Origin: Candidatus Latescibacterota bacterium
GTDB lineage: Bacteria; Latescibacterota; UBA2968; UBA8231
Length of the DNA: 64,000 nucleotides
Reading direction: 5' to 3'
Assembly: GCA_965197905.1 (NCBI GenBank)
Contig: CBDAOB010000004.1
Coordinates: forward strand, 288,001-352,000
Positions 10,147 to 20,780 of the stretch are shown piece after piece (within the stretch, counting starts at the first letter, position 1; each line of letters starts with the position of its first letter). The position numbers and the translations under genes are program-made. The notes under the pieces were generated by a model. The model made no database searches and was not told where the DNA came from. It was given only the letters and a program-made list of their open reading frames with translations.

Positions 10147-11153
10147 GTGGATTTGGACTGCACCAACTATATGCGTGACGAAGATGTGGCCATGTTCGAA
10201 CGCGAGTTCGATTCGTTCGTGCCCGACAAGGTCTATGACGCCCACTGCCACCTCCTGTGCCTGGGGATCCCCAACCGCTGGGGGACGACAGTTTCGGAGA
10301 TGTCGGCCATGCCGAATGCATGCGGTTGCTCGATTGTATGATGCCCGGAAGAGATATCGCGGCGAACTTTCTCTCGTTCAGCATTGACCCGGACTGGGCC
10401 ACCAGGGCCAACGATTGGTCCGTAAAAGCGGTGGCGTGCGACACTCGCTGTCGCGCCGAGTTCTTCGTGAAACCGAACGACGATCCGGACTGGGTGCGCC
10501 AGGAAGTGAAACGGCTGGGTTCGAGCGGATTGAAATGTTACCACCTGCAGGCAACGCTCAGCCCGTCGTGGGAAGAAGGTCGCAAAACCTGGGAGGCCGA
10601 TATTCCCGACTATCTTCCCGAGTCGTTCGTGCAGGTGGCGGACGAAGCGGGACTGGTGATCACCCTTCACATGGTCAAGGAGCGATCGGTGGCGGACCCG
10701 AGCAACATTCACTGGATCCGGCACTACTGCGAGAAGTACCCCGACATGAAGCTGATCCTGGCTCATTCGGCGCGAGGTTTCCAACCGCAGCACAATCTCG
10801 AGGGACTTCCGCAACTGAAAGATCTGGACAATCTCTATTTCGATTGTAGCGCCAATTGCGAGCCGGTAGCGCATCAGAGCATTTTTCGGATCTTCGGACA
10901 CGAGAAGATGATGTACGGGTCCGATTTTCCAATAAGCCACAAGCGAGGTAAGTCGCTACAAGCGGCAGATTCGTTCTTGTGGTTGTACGACGACACTCCC
11001 GTTTGGGGCGAAAAGCACACGCAGGTGAAGCCGGTGCTGGTGGGACTGGAACACCTGCGCTCGCTCAAATGGGCTTGTTGGTCGGAACGGCTCACCGACA
11101 GCCAGGTGGAAGATGTGTTCTGGAACAACGCCGCCGCCTTGTTCGACGTTTGA
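10147..11153 (+). CDS. amidohydrolase-family protein split by a -1 frameshift (probable sequencing error or pseudogene)
   Basis: ORF 10147 carries the DAHCH metal motif. ORF 10257 (-1 frame) carries GLKCYH, ITLH, LILAH and YGSDFP. Confidence 0.8.
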
Positions 11154-11851
11154 TGAACGCAGCTGAGGCTATCTCCAGCATCGCCGACGAGGGATTCTGC
11201 ATCCTTCCGGATCTGCTGGAACCGGCTGAGGCCGAACGTCTCGATGCGCTGGCTCGACCTTTGATGGATCCCCATGCAGGATACGTCAAGCTGGAAGGGG
11301 CGCTGAATCAGATTCCGGACCTGGCGCCGCTTTGCACGCACCCGCTGCTGCTGGAGATCGCCGAGCACTTTTTGGGCGAAGACTATTTTCTGTCCAACAA
11401 CGTGGCAATGATGTGGTGCCAACCCGGCGGCGGGGGCGGCCATCTTCATTCCGACTGGCCACTCTTTCGGGTCCCGCAGCCGTGGCCCCGTTGGACATTT
11501 GGGATTCAGACCATGTGGATGCTCACCGATTTCACCGCTGAAAACGGATCGACCCGCGTGGTTCCGGGCAGTCATCTGGCCGGTGGGCCGCCGATTTCTG
11601 GGAGGGAGTACTCCCATGAGATGCCGGCGGTTGGGCAAAAGGGGTCTCTGCTGATTTGGCAGGCTGCATTGTGGCATCGCAGCGGAGTGAATACGACTGC
11701 CGACCAACACCGAATGGGTGCCAACATAGGATATAAACCGTGGTTCGTGCATCGACCAGCCGAGGAGTGGCCGCTCCTGCGGCGCGAACTCTATCGGGAG
11801 TTACCTGAGCGGCTGCAACAGTTATTGCGGCGCTCGGTCGAGAGTCCCTGA
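11153..11851 (+). CDS. PhyH family dioxygenase
   Basis: ATG overlaps the upstream TGA. EGFCILPDLL, LHSD, NGSTRVVPGSH, WHRSGVN. Confidence 0.88.
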   Translation: MNAAEAISSIADEGFCILPDLLEPAEAERLDALARPLMDPHAGYVKLEGALNQIPDLAPLCTHPLLLEIAEHFLGEDYFLSNNVAMMWCQPGGGGGHLHSDWPLFRVPQPWPRWTFGIQTMWMLTDFTAENGSTRVVPGSHLAGGPPISGREYSHEMPAVGQKGSLLIWQAALWHRSGVNTTADQHRMGANIGYKPWFVHRPAEEWPLLRRELYRELPERLQQLLRRSVESP

Positions 11852-11877
11852 TGGCCGAGTGAGGAGCGCAACCGGCT

Positions 11878-12891
11878 TTAAGCGGACGGCATCGAGACGG
11901 CGTCGTCGCGCCGTTGGTGCATGTTTTTCTCCATCGATTCGGGATACCGGTCGGGCAGGTGGGAGACGCGATTCAGCCGCTCCAACTGTTCTCCCTCAAG
12001 CCGAAACGAATCCGCCTTCAAGTTGTCCGCAAACTGATCCAGGGTGCGTGCGCCGATGATGATCGAGGTAATCCCCGGCTGCTCGAGGCACCAGCGCAGC
12101 GCGATCTGGGCAGCCGAACGATCTGTTTCCTGCGCCACCTCGATGACGCTCTGCAGGGTCTCGTCGGCGTTGGCGGCGAAATAGTTCTGCGGGAATGCCC
12201 AATCATCGGCAGACCGGGTTCCCGACAGGAGGCGCTGGCCGGGTTGATATTTCCCCGAGAGAAATCCTCCTCCCAGCGGGCTCCACACCACCACGCCCAA
12301 TCCCTCAGTCTGGCAGATGGGGATCAGCTCCTGCTCGATGTCGCGAACCACCAGGCTGTACTGAGGTTGGTAGCAGTCGAAACGGGTCCAGTTGTGAAGG
12401 TCGCTGATACTTAGCGCCTTCATCAGACGCCAGCCCTGGAAGTTGCTGCAGCCGGTGTATCGCACCTTCCCTTGATGCACCAGATCGTCGAAGGCCCGCA
12501 ACATCTCCTCCATCGGTGTCTGCCGGTCGACATGGTGGATGTAAAACAGGTCGACGTAATCGGTACGCAAGCGTTTGAGGCTGGCTTCCAGCGCCTGCAT
12601 GACATGCAATCGGGACATGCCAGAGTCGTTGACACCGCTGCCCGTCGGATTGAAAAATTTGGTGGCAATGATGAGGTTTTCGCGATCTTGAGGAATCGCT
12701 TTGCCCAGCATAACCTCAGATTGCCCGCCGCCGTAAGAGTTGGACGTGTCGAAGAAATTGATGCCGGCGTCCAATGCTTCCCGCACCATGCTGTCGGCAG
12801 TGACCTGATCGGTACCGCTGCCAAAGGTCATTGTTCCAAAGCAGAGTTCCGAGACCTTGAGGCCCGTTTTGCCCATTCTTCGGTAACGCAT
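11878..12891 (-). CDS. aldo/keto reductase
   Basis: MRYRRMGKTGLKVSELCFGTM, GINFFDTSNSY, SLKRLRTDYVDLFYIH, WSPLGGG. Start at ATG 12891 (GGGAG RBS). Confidence 0.93.
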   Translation of the reverse strand: MRYRRMGKTGLKVSELCFGTMTFGSGTDQVTADSMVREALDAGINFFDTSNSYGGGQSEVMLGKAIPQDRENLIIATKFFNPTGSGVNDSGMSRLHVMQALEASLKRLRTDYVDLFYIHHVDRQTPMEEMLRAFDDLVHQGKVRYTGCSNFQGWRLMKALSISDLHNWTRFDCYQPQYSLVVRDIEQELIPICQTEGLGVVVWSPLGGGFLSGKYQPGQRLLSGTRSADDWAFPQNYFAANADETLQSVIEVAQETDRSAAQIALRWCLEQPGITSIIIGARTLDQFADNLKADSFRLEGEQLERLNRVSHLPDRYPESMEKNMHQRRDDAVSMPSA

Positions 12892-12981
12892 CCGCATTGC
12901 TCCCGTCTCGCAATTCTTGATACCAGATATGTTGGGGGATAAGTTAAGTCGCTCAACAGGCGAAGAAAGGCGGTAGGTCAT

Positions 12982-13908
12982 ATGAAAATCGCTGTGGTTG
13001 GTGCGGGCGCGATGGGCTCGATCTACGCAGGTCTGCTCGCTGACGCGGGAAACGAAGTATGGGTGGTGGACAAGTGGAAGGATCACATCGATGCGATACG
13101 CAAGAATGGACTCCGGGTCGCGGGGGCCAGCGGCGATCGCGTGGCCAAGGTGCAAGCGACCACCGAGACCGGCGACGTGGGTGAGGTGGAGCTCCTCATC
13201 ATTGCTACCAAAGCGATGCACGCCGAGGCGGCGGCCGCCAGCGCTCGTTCGCTGCTGACGCTGGAATCCACTGTGCTCACCATACAGAACGGTCTTGGGA
13301 GCGTCGAAAAAGTCGCCAATGCTCTGGAGTTGGAAAGCGTAATCACCGGCGTCGCTGGAGGTTTCGGGGCCTCGGTGGTCGGGCCTGGACACGTGCACCA
13401 CAACGCCATGCAGCTCATCCGTCTCGGTGAAGCCAACGGACCGATCAGTCCGCGCCTGGAGCGTTTGACCGAGGTATGGAGCGCTGCCGGTTTCAACGTA
13501 AAGGCCTTCGACAATATCGATCAGCTGGTGTGGGAGAAACTGATCTGTAATGTTACCTATAGCGGTCCGTGCACGGTGTTGGAATGGACCATCGGTGACG
13601 TCATCGCCGACCCTTCGATGTGGAAGGTCGCCTCCGGTTGCGCTGTCGAAGCTTTTGAGGTGGCCGGCGCCCTTTCGATCGCGCTGAGTTTCGACGATCC
13701 GGTGCAGTACGTAAGAGATTTCGGGGCCCAGATGCCCGCCGCGGTTCCGTCGGTGCTGCTGGACTTTCGTGCCGGAAGGAAGTCGGAGATCGAAGTGATC
13801 AACGGCTCCATCCCGCGGATGGCAGCAACGGTCGATATGCGGGCGCCGTACAACGAGGCGATTACCGCACTCGTTCTAGCCAAAGAAAGCGTCACTACTG
13901 GCGCCTAG
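12982..13908 (+). CDS. panE: 2-dehydropantoate 2-reductase (ketopantoate reductase/ApbA family)
   Basis: GAGAMG, IQNG, WEKLICN, SEIEVING. Confidence 0.8.
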   Translation: MKIAVVGAGAMGSIYAGLLADAGNEVWVVDKWKDHIDAIRKNGLRVAGASGDRVAKVQATTETGDVGEVELLIIATKAMHAEAAAASARSLLTLESTVLTIQNGLGSVEKVANALELESVITGVAGGFGASVVGPGHVHHNAMQLIRLGEANGPISPRLERLTEVWSAAGFNVKAFDNIDQLVWEKLICNVTYSGPCTVLEWTIGDVIADPSMWKVASGCAVEAFEVAGALSIALSFDDPVQYVRDFGAQMPAAVPSVLLDFRAGRKSEIEVINGSIPRMAATVDMRAPYNEAITALVLAKESVTTGA

Positions 13909-13932
13909 GGCCCACGCTGAGACCACTAACAA

Positions 13933-15063
13933 ATGAAGATCACCAAAATCAAAACCGCTGAAGCCAGCGGGCACGGCTTTTCCACCTTCGTCAAGATCTT
14001 CACCGACGAGGGTGTGGTGGGTGTAGGAGAGTGCATCCACGGCGGCGATGGCTGCAGCCGGCTGATCGAAGACATGGCCGGCATCATCACGGGCGAGGAT
14101 CCACTGGATGTCGATCGTCTCATAGAAACGATTCGTCGTGCCTATCTGTTCAACGGCGCCATGGCTGGGAACGCAGTTACCGCCATGACCGGGATCGAGA
14201 TCGCGTTGTGGGATCTGGCCGGCAAGGCGTTGGACCTGCCGGTCTATCGCCTGCTGGGCGGCAAGTTCCGCGACCGGATCCGGCTTTACTGCGACTGCCA
14301 CGCCGGCGCCGACGACTCGCCCGAGTCCTATGCGCGGCGGGCAAAAGAGATCGTGGCGATGGGGTTCGATGCGATCAAGTTCGACATTGACGACGCCAAC
14401 AGTCCGCACAAGCTGGACCGCTACAATTGGTCGGTTTCACCAAGCGAGCTGGCGCAGATGGTCGACCGGGTAACGGCGGTGCGCGAGGCGATTGGTCCGG
14501 GTGTCGATCTGGCTATCGATATGCACGGGCGTTACGATATCTCCGCCGGAATCAGGGTCGCCCAGGCCCTGGAGCCGTTTGACCTGATGTGGTTGGAAGA
14601 GCCGGTGCCGCCCGAAAACATCGATGCCATGCGGGAGGTGAAACGCTGCACCCGAACACCGATCTGCGCTGGCGAAAACCTCTACACCCGGTGGGGATTC
14701 CGGGAGCTTATCGAGAAACAGGCGGTAGATGTGATCATGCCGGATCTACCCAAGTGCGGCGGCCTTTCTGAGGGGCGCAAGATCGCCAACCATGCCGAAA
14801 CCTATTACCTCCCGTTTGCGCCCCACAACGTCTGCGGTCCGCTGGGAACCATCGCCTCCTGCCATTGCTGTGCCTCCATTCCCAACTTTCTGGTACTGGA
14901 GTGGCACTGGGTCGACCGGCCGCACTGGCACGAGCTGGTGCTCGCAGATCCGCCGCTGATCCAGGACGGCTACATCGTGTTGCAGGAGGGACCGGGTTTG
15001 GGAGTGGAGTTGAATGAAGAAGCGCTGGCGGCCTACGCACGGGACGACCGGCCGATATTCTAG
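13933..15063 (+). CDS. mandelate racemase/muconate lactonizing enzyme family (acid-sugar dehydratase, DgoD-like)
   Basis: IEIALWDLAGKAL..PVYRLLGG, DMHG, WLEEP, AGEN, PHN. Confidence 0.9.
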   Translation: MKITKIKTAEASGHGFSTFVKIFTDEGVVGVGECIHGGDGCSRLIEDMAGIITGEDPLDVDRLIETIRRAYLFNGAMAGNAVTAMTGIEIALWDLAGKALDLPVYRLLGGKFRDRIRLYCDCHAGADDSPESYARRAKEIVAMGFDAIKFDIDDANSPHKLDRYNWSVSPSELAQMVDRVTAVREAIGPGVDLAIDMHGRYDISAGIRVAQALEPFDLMWLEEPVPPENIDAMREVKRCTRTPICAGENLYTRWGFRELIEKQAVDVIMPDLPKCGGLSEGRKIANHAETYYLPFAPHNVCGPLGTIASCHCCASIPNFLVLEWHWVDRPHWHELVLADPPLIQDGYIVLQEGPGLGVELNEEALAAYARDDRPIF

Positions 15064-15947
15064 CGAACCGGGGCGTTTTGTTTCCAGCGAAACCCAGGGT
15101 CGGATACGCTGTACGGCCAGCTGGCGCCACCTTGATGATGGAAGTCTTCTTCGCGGCCGCATAACCACAGAAACAGCTCGGCAACGCGGGGTACCGATTG
15201 CCATATCCTTGTCGCATCGGCGAAATACTCGCTCTCGAATTGGTAGTCAGCGCGCGCGAGATCGAAGCCTTCGTCCAGGATCCAGTCTCGCTGTGGTGGA
15301 ACTGTCCGCCAACAATCCCACTTCAGCAAATTGCGCACTCCATCCGCTCGTTTCCGCGGTTGGCGGTGCCATATGGAATAGGCCGTAAAGAAAACGGAAC
15401 CGGCAGGGGATTCGGTCATCAGCTGTCCGGCCAGATGACCAAAATGCTCCAGCTCCTCGCGGGCGATGGGAACCAGATGGGAACCGGGCAGGAACAGGGT
15501 GGGTCCCATCTCCGTGGTGGCGTCTTTGGGATAGTAGAAGATCTGCAGCATTTTGAGCGTACGTTCGAATTTCGAACCGGCATCCACATGCCACGGTCGT
15601 TCCGCCTTCGGTCCCTCCAACCGGTGATTGGCCAGCCAGTCGGGCAGCTGGAAACGCTCGCCCAGGAGGGAGCGCGTGACACCGGCCACTTCAGGGTGGA
15701 GCAGCACTTCGCGAACGAACCGTTCCTCAGCCAAGAGGTTGTTTTGGACGGCCACAAGGGGGTCGCGGTCGACTTCCTTGTCCACGAACCCGGCCACCCA
15801 TTCATTGGTCGATTCGGGAATGACCGCCTCCAGCTTCAGCATACCAGTCTTGCAGAACTCGAGCACCTCACTGTCGGTGAGGGTTGGTGCGATACCTTCC
15901 TCTGCCAGTTGCACCGTCCTGTTTTCCGGCCTCAGCAGTTGGGTCAT
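15060..15947 (-). CDS. PhyH family dioxygenase
   Basis: WHVD, MGPTLFLPGSH, YSIWHR. Confidence 0.85.
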   Translation of the reverse strand: MTQLLRPENRTVQLAEEGIAPTLTDSEVLEFCKTGMLKLEAVIPESTNEWVAGFVDKEVDRDPLVAVQNNLLAEERFVREVLLHPEVAGVTRSLLGERFQLPDWLANHRLEGPKAERPWHVDAGSKFERTLKMLQIFYYPKDATTEMGPTLFLPGSHLVPIAREELEHFGHLAGQLMTESPAGSVFFTAYSIWHRQPRKRADGVRNLLKWDCWRTVPPQRDWILDEGFDLARADYQFESEYFADATRIWQSVPRVAELFLWLCGREEDFHHQGGASWPYSVSDPGFRWKQNAPVR

Positions 15948-16306
15948 GGCTCACCGAATCTTTCCAGAATAAATTCGCAGATGACGTGGTGGTCCTGCGA
16001 ATGGGTTGCCGGAATCTCAGCGGGGAAACGTATCACCCGCCACCCTTCGGCAATGGCCGCTGCAACGGTTTTATAAGGCCAGCTCTCGTAGTCAGCCGGA
16101 CCGTCGTCGATCTTGCCTTGCCGCAGCATGGTCATACCGATCACTTTGGATGCCACGGAGGTGGTTACGGTCTGCAGGTAGAGCAGATCTTGAATGGGGT
16201 CGGACCGTCGCAGTCGCGTTTCGACGGCGCACAGTTGGTCTTCGCTGAGGGCACCTTTCCTGAAGGAGGCCAGACATTCTTGCAGCAATTCGACTGCACT
16301 TGGCAT
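15944..16306 (-). CDS. hypothetical protein coupled to the downstream PhyH gene
   Basis: 120 aa. ATGA overlap with the PhyH start. PY...AI.EGWRVI.FP...EFILER. Confidence 0.75.
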   Translation of the reverse strand: MPSAVELLQECLASFRKGALSEDQLCAVETRLRRSDPIQDLLYLQTVTTSVASKVIGMTMLRQGKIDDGPADYESWPYKTVAAAIAEGWRVIRFPAEIPATHSQDHHVICEFILERFGEP

Positions 16307-16490
16307 GTTCAGTCCTCGCGAAGAGAATCGGAACCCAAAAACGCTTCGGATGTCGGATTTAGCGGAGTATACCCCCTTGAGCGCCTACCTGCAAACGATA
16401 TGTCGGGTCAATCCGCCCGACCGGAAGGCGTCGACGGTATGGAATTGGGCAAACGCTGTTCTATATTCGCTTACATCAACGAGGTGAACA

Positions 16491-17522
16491 ATGAAGATCG
16501 CATTTTCAACACTAATGCTGGTGGCGCTGAATGGTCAGGCAAGTGCCGAAACGGAGACGGCCACCTTCGCTGGCGGCTGCTTCTGGTGTACCGAGGCCTC
16601 TTTTGAGAAAGTAGAAGGGGTGAGTAATGTTGTCTCGGGATATATGGGAGGCCCAGAGAAGAACCCCACCTACAAGCAGGTCTCTTCGGGAGGAACGGGG
16701 CACCTGGAGGTGGTTCGGGTGACCTACGACCCGGAAGTTATCAGCTATGCCGGAATATTACGCGCTTTTTGGATGATGTACGACCCCACCGACGCCGGTG
16801 GCTCGTTCTACGACCGCGGCACCCAACACACCTCGGCGGTCTTCTACCACAACGACAGACAAAAGTCGCTGGCGGAGGTTTCCAAGCAGGAACTGGATGG
16901 ATCCGGCCGCTTCTCCGACCCGATCGTCACCCCGATTCGCGCGGCCGAGACCTTCTATCCCGCAGAGGAGTACCACCAGGACTATTACAAGAAGAACCGG
17001 GCACACTACCAGCGTTACCGGACAGGTTCGGGCCGCGATCGTTTTATCGCGGAGCATTGGGGAGATCTGGACAAGAATCAGGCGCAATATTCGAAACCGC
17101 CCGACGCGGTCCTGAAGAAGAAGCTTACCGACCTTCAGTACCGGGTCACGCAGCGCGAAGGCACCGAGGCGCCGTTCGACAACACTTACTGGGACAACAA
17201 GGCCGTCGGGATCTACGTCGACGTTGTTTCGGGGGAACCTTTGTTCAGCTCGACGGATAAATACAGATCTGGTACCGGCTGGCCGAGCTTTACACGCCCG
17301 CTGGTGGCGGACAACGTTGAGGAAAAAACCGATTTCAAACTCATACTTCCGCGTACCGAGGTGCGTAGCAAAAATGGCGATTCCCACTTGGGGCACCTGT
17401 TCGAGGACGGTCCTGAGCCGACCGGCCTGCGTTACTGCATCAACTCTGCCGCCCTGCGGTTCGTGCCCCGCGAAAAGCTGGCCGATGAAGGGTACGACGA
17501 ATTCCTGAAGCTCTTTGAGTGA
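16491..17522 (+). CDS. msrAB: bifunctional peptide methionine sulfoxide reductase MsrA/MsrB with signal peptide
   Basis: MsrA GGCFWC and AEEYHQDY. MsrB GWPSF, HLGHLF, RYCINS. Hydrophobic N-terminus. Confidence 0.95.
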   Translation: MKIAFSTLMLVALNGQASAETETATFAGGCFWCTEASFEKVEGVSNVVSGYMGGPEKNPTYKQVSSGGTGHLEVVRVTYDPEVISYAGILRAFWMMYDPTDAGGSFYDRGTQHTSAVFYHNDRQKSLAEVSKQELDGSGRFSDPIVTPIRAAETFYPAEEYHQDYYKKNRAHYQRYRTGSGRDRFIAEHWGDLDKNQAQYSKPPDAVLKKKLTDLQYRVTQREGTEAPFDNTYWDNKAVGIYVDVVSGEPLFSSTDKYRSGTGWPSFTRPLVADNVEEKTDFKLILPRTEVRSKNGDSHLGHLFEDGPEPTGLRYCINSAALRFVPREKLADEGYDEFLKLFE

Positions 17523-17580
17523 ACCTCCGATGCCGTTTTCGCGGTGTCCCGCTTTGATTTGCGGGAAGCCAGGAGATTGA

Positions 17581-18321
17581 ATGAATCCAACCAAACGTAA
17601 TCTTCTAATCACGGGCGGTGCCGGTAACGTCGCCACCTTTCTGCGCCAACACTGGGGGGAGCGGCACACCTTACGACTGGCAGATATCCGGCCGGTCGAG
17701 GATTTATCTTCACATGAGGAAGCAGTGGAGTTCGACATAAGTGATCTCGAGGCTTTTACCAAAGCTTGTGAGGGTATCGACACGGTGGTGCACCTGGCGG
17801 CAGATCCGAGCCCGCGGGCCGACTTCTATGAAAGCCTCCTGCAGCGCAACGTGATCGGCGCCTACAACGGCTTCGAAGCGGCCCGACGTGCCGGCTGCCG
17901 GCGGTTGGTGTTCGCTTCCAGTATCAACGCCGTGTCGGGTTACGATCGGAGCCGCACACCGGTTGATTGGGATGCTCCAGTTTACCCTTCCAACGTATAC
18001 GGTGCCACCAAATGCTGGGGCGAGGCGCTGGCTCGCGTCTATTCGCACACACACGGTCTCTCCTGCCTCTGCGTGCGCCTTACCCGTCCCAGGTTCCGCC
18101 AGGACGACTTCGATCCCGCGGCCGATTTCCATGGGGTGAGCGCGCGCGATACCGCCCAGGTTTTCCTCCGCTGCGTAGAAGCCCCCGACGATGTGAAATT
18201 CGGCATCGTACACGGCGTGTCGGAGCACGAGGGATACTGGTTCCAGGTCAGCGCTTCCGATGAGCGCATTGGCTTCGAACCGCAAGACGGCACAGCGTTT
18301 CCGAAAACCGGCGATACGTGA
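17581..18321 (+). CDS. NAD-dependent epimerase/dehydratase (uronate dehydrogenase-like)
   Basis: ITGGAGNV, VVHLAA, FASS, YGATK. Confidence 0.85.
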   Translation: MNPTKRNLLITGGAGNVATFLRQHWGERHTLRLADIRPVEDLSSHEEAVEFDISDLEAFTKACEGIDTVVHLAADPSPRADFYESLLQRNVIGAYNGFEAARRAGCRRLVFASSINAVSGYDRSRTPVDWDAPVYPSNVYGATKCWGEALARVYSHTHGLSCLCVRLTRPRFRQDDFDPAADFHGVSARDTAQVFLRCVEAPDDVKFGIVHGVSEHEGYWFQVSASDERIGFEPQDGTAFPKTGDT

Positions 18322-18393
18322 GCGGGGCGATCGTATCTCTGATCGCGGACGTTTCGAGGATGTCGGTATTACTGCATCAATGAGGGGAAAAAG

Positions 18394-18768
18394 GTGAAGC
18401 GGAAAAACATTCAATCGGGCGGGGAGTTCGAGAACACCTTCGGCTACTGTCGCGCCGTTCGCGTCGGCGATCAGATTCACGTCGCCGGCACCTGCGCCCA
18501 GCCTCCGCACGAGAACGGCGATGCCTACGAACAGGCGAAGGGCGCATTGGGTATCATCGGAAAAGCGCTGAGCGAAGCTGGAGCCGGCTTCGAGCACGTG
18601 GTCCGCACCGTCGTCTATATCACCGACACCAAACACGCGGATGGGGTCACCCGCGCCCATTCGGAAACCTTTGACGCGATTCGGCCAGCCTCGACGATGG
18701 TGGTCGTAGCGGAGCTGCTCAAACCGAATCTGGTGGTGGAGATCGAAGCGTACGCTCTGCTGAGCTGA
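18394..18768 (+). CDS. RidA/Rid family protein
   Basis: GYCRAVRVG, VVRTVVY, RPASTMV, VEIEA. Confidence 0.9.
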   Translation: MKRKNIQSGGEFENTFGYCRAVRVGDQIHVAGTCAQPPHENGDAYEQAKGALGIIGKALSEAGAGFEHVVRTVVYITDTKHADGVTRAHSETFDAIRPASTMVVVAELLKPNLVVEIEAYALLS

Positions 18769-18801
18769 GAAGGTGTCCTAGGGAGGGGTGCTCTGTCGCG
18801 C

Positions 18802-19827
18802 CTACTGTTTCTCGGCGACTTCGCTCAAAACAGCTGACGCGCGCTGCCCCAGCGCAGAATCGGGTTCTCGCCGAGCAATTCGTTTGAGCGAATATTGCGC
18901 CGCTTCGTCGCCCAGCCGTCCCAGCTCCAACGATTCCTCGAACGCCTGCTCGCGCCACTTCGTCATATACGGCAAGATCTCCAGCCCTTTGTCCCGCCAG
19001 TAATACTGAAACTCCTCGCCGTCCCAGCTTTCGTAGATCTCTTCCCAGGACAACGGACTTATGGAGTTCAGATGGGGCTCCAGCATGAACTCGGAGATCG
19101 GCACGTCCAGGGGCTGGTAGCGATTGTCCAGGGAAATGCGCAGCCGGTCTTTGGTGTAGTTGGGCAGCGCCCGGTGTACGGTCAGGCTGGGAAAGATCAG
19201 GACGTCGCCAAGCTCGTAGTCGGTGCTGTGCCATTCACCATCCAGCTCGCTCTCCTCGATGGCCAGACCCCCCGCGCCGAGCGAGAAGTGATGGTCCATT
19301 ACGCGGTCGATCTTGTGGGAGCCAGGCACCAACGCCAAGCCTCCCAGCTCGATGGGCCAGTCGCCGATCGGCGCCCAAAAGGTGAGCGTGTCCAGGCTGC
19401 CCTGAAAATGCACGAAGTCCTGATGCATGGGAGTGGTATGCTCCAGGTACTGGGGAAACCAGAGGCGAGCGATCTTTTTGGGATGGGGAAGGGATTCGCG
19501 GCCGACCGCCTTGGCCATGATATCCATCACTTCGGGCTGGTGGGCGGATTCGTGGAACGACTGCAGGCGGTAGACCTGGTGATAGCCGTCGATGTACTCG
19601 GGATCGCCCTCGGTGCACTGGGCATCGAGGGCGATCCCATCCATGGGATCCGTGCCTTCCGCCAACCAGCCGACCCGCATCAGTGCCTCCATGACCTCCC
19701 GGCGCAAGACCAGCAGCTTCTCCGGATCCTGTATTCTCCTCAGATACAGATATCCCTCTTCCGCAAGCCGCCGGCGCAGCTCTTCCGGTTCGTTCAGTGC
19801 ATCGTTGGAGGTTTTGAGTTTCTTCAT
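18802..19827 (-). CDS. PhyH family dioxygenase
   Basis: EEGYLYLR, MHQD, GGLALVPGSH, LTVHRALPN. Start moved to ATG 19827. Confidence 0.88.
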   Translation of the reverse strand: MKKLKTSNDALNEPEELRRRLAEEGYLYLRRIQDPEKLLVLRREVMEALMRVGWLAEGTDPMDGIALDAQCTEGDPEYIDGYHQVYRLQSFHESAHQPEVMDIMAKAVGRESLPHPKKIARLWFPQYLEHTTPMHQDFVHFQGSLDTLTFWAPIGDWPIELGGLALVPGSHKIDRVMDHHFSLGAGGLAIEESELDGEWHSTDYELGDVLIFPSLTVHRALPNYTKDRLRISLDNRYQPLDVPISEFMLEPHLNSISPLSWEEIYESWDGEEFQYYWRDKGLEILPYMTKWREQAFEESLELGRLGDEAAQYSLKRIARREPDSALGQRASAVLSEVAEKQ

Positions 19828-19922
19828 GGTCGAATAGCATAGTAGTTTGGCGGCGAGTTGAAAAGCTCCAGGGTGACAGCCCTCCAGACTATGAAGCTCT
19901 CGATTGCCACTTGCACGACTAC

Positions 19923-19938
19923 CTGAAATTGATTTCAG
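19923..19938. promoter_or_regulatory. dyad operator-like site CTGAAATTGATTTCAG in a divergent intergenic region
   Basis: Perfect 7-bp inverted repeat with a 2-nt spacer. Confidence 0.4.
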
Positions 19939-20012
19939 TAAAAAAACGTCCGCCGGATTGAAATGCAACCAGGGCCGGACGCCGACTAGAGATTTTGTCA
20001 CGGAGAAATAGA

Positions 20013-20777
20013 ATGCTACTCAAAGATCGTGTTGCCATCGTAACCGGCAGTGGCAATGGGATTGGTCGCGCCATTGCCCAGCGCTTTGGGAGGGAGGGGG
20101 CGGCCATTACCGTGGCCGAGCTGGAAGAGGAGCCCGGCCGCGAAACCGCGACCTCCATCGAGGCGGCGGGCGGACGCGCCCTCTTTCACGCCACGGACAC
20201 ATCCGACGACGGTTCGGTCAAAGCGATGGTTGCCGCGACCGTTGAACGCTTCGAAGCGGTCAACGTGCTGGTCAACAATGCCGCCGCCTTCGTCTTCGGC
20301 ACAGTCGAAGAGGTGACAAGGCAGGACTGGGAGAAGGTGTTCGGGGTCAACGTAATTGGCTATGCCAACACCGTGCGCGCCTGTCTGCCGGAATTCCGCA
20401 AGAACGGTGGTGGTGCCGTTGTCAACATTGCGTCGGTTTCGTCGTTCGTTGCTCAACCCGGGTTCGTGCCGTACAACTCCTCCAAGGGAGCCGTCGCACA
20501 GTTGACCCGTTGTCTGGCGATGGATCTGGCGATAGACAACGTGCGGGTAAACGGGATCTGCCCCGGGGCCATTCGAACCCGGGCTACCGACCGGCATATC
20601 GCTTCCCTCGGCCTCGATCCGGAAGCGGCGTACGAAGAGTTCGGGCAGGACGCGCTGATGAAAAGGATGGGAAAACCGGAGGAGATCGCCGCCGGCGCTC
20701 TCTTCCTGGCTTCGGAAGAGGCTTCGTTCATGACCGGGGCTCACATCGTCATCGACGGCGGGGCGACCATCGATTGA
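20013..20777 (+). CDS. short-chain dehydrogenase/reductase
   Basis: TGSGNGIG, NNA, YNSSK, ICPG. Confidence 0.93.
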   Translation: MLLKDRVAIVTGSGNGIGRAIAQRFGREGAAITVAELEEEPGRETATSIEAAGGRALFHATDTSDDGSVKAMVAATVERFEAVNVLVNNAAAFVFGTVEEVTRQDWEKVFGVNVIGYANTVRACLPEFRKNGGGAVVNIASVSSFVAQPGFVPYNSSKGAVAQLTRCLAMDLAIDNVRVNGICPGAIRTRATDRHIASLGLDPEAAYEEFGQDALMKRMGKPEEIAAGALFLASEEASFMTGAHIVIDGGATID

Positions 20778-20780
20778 ATG

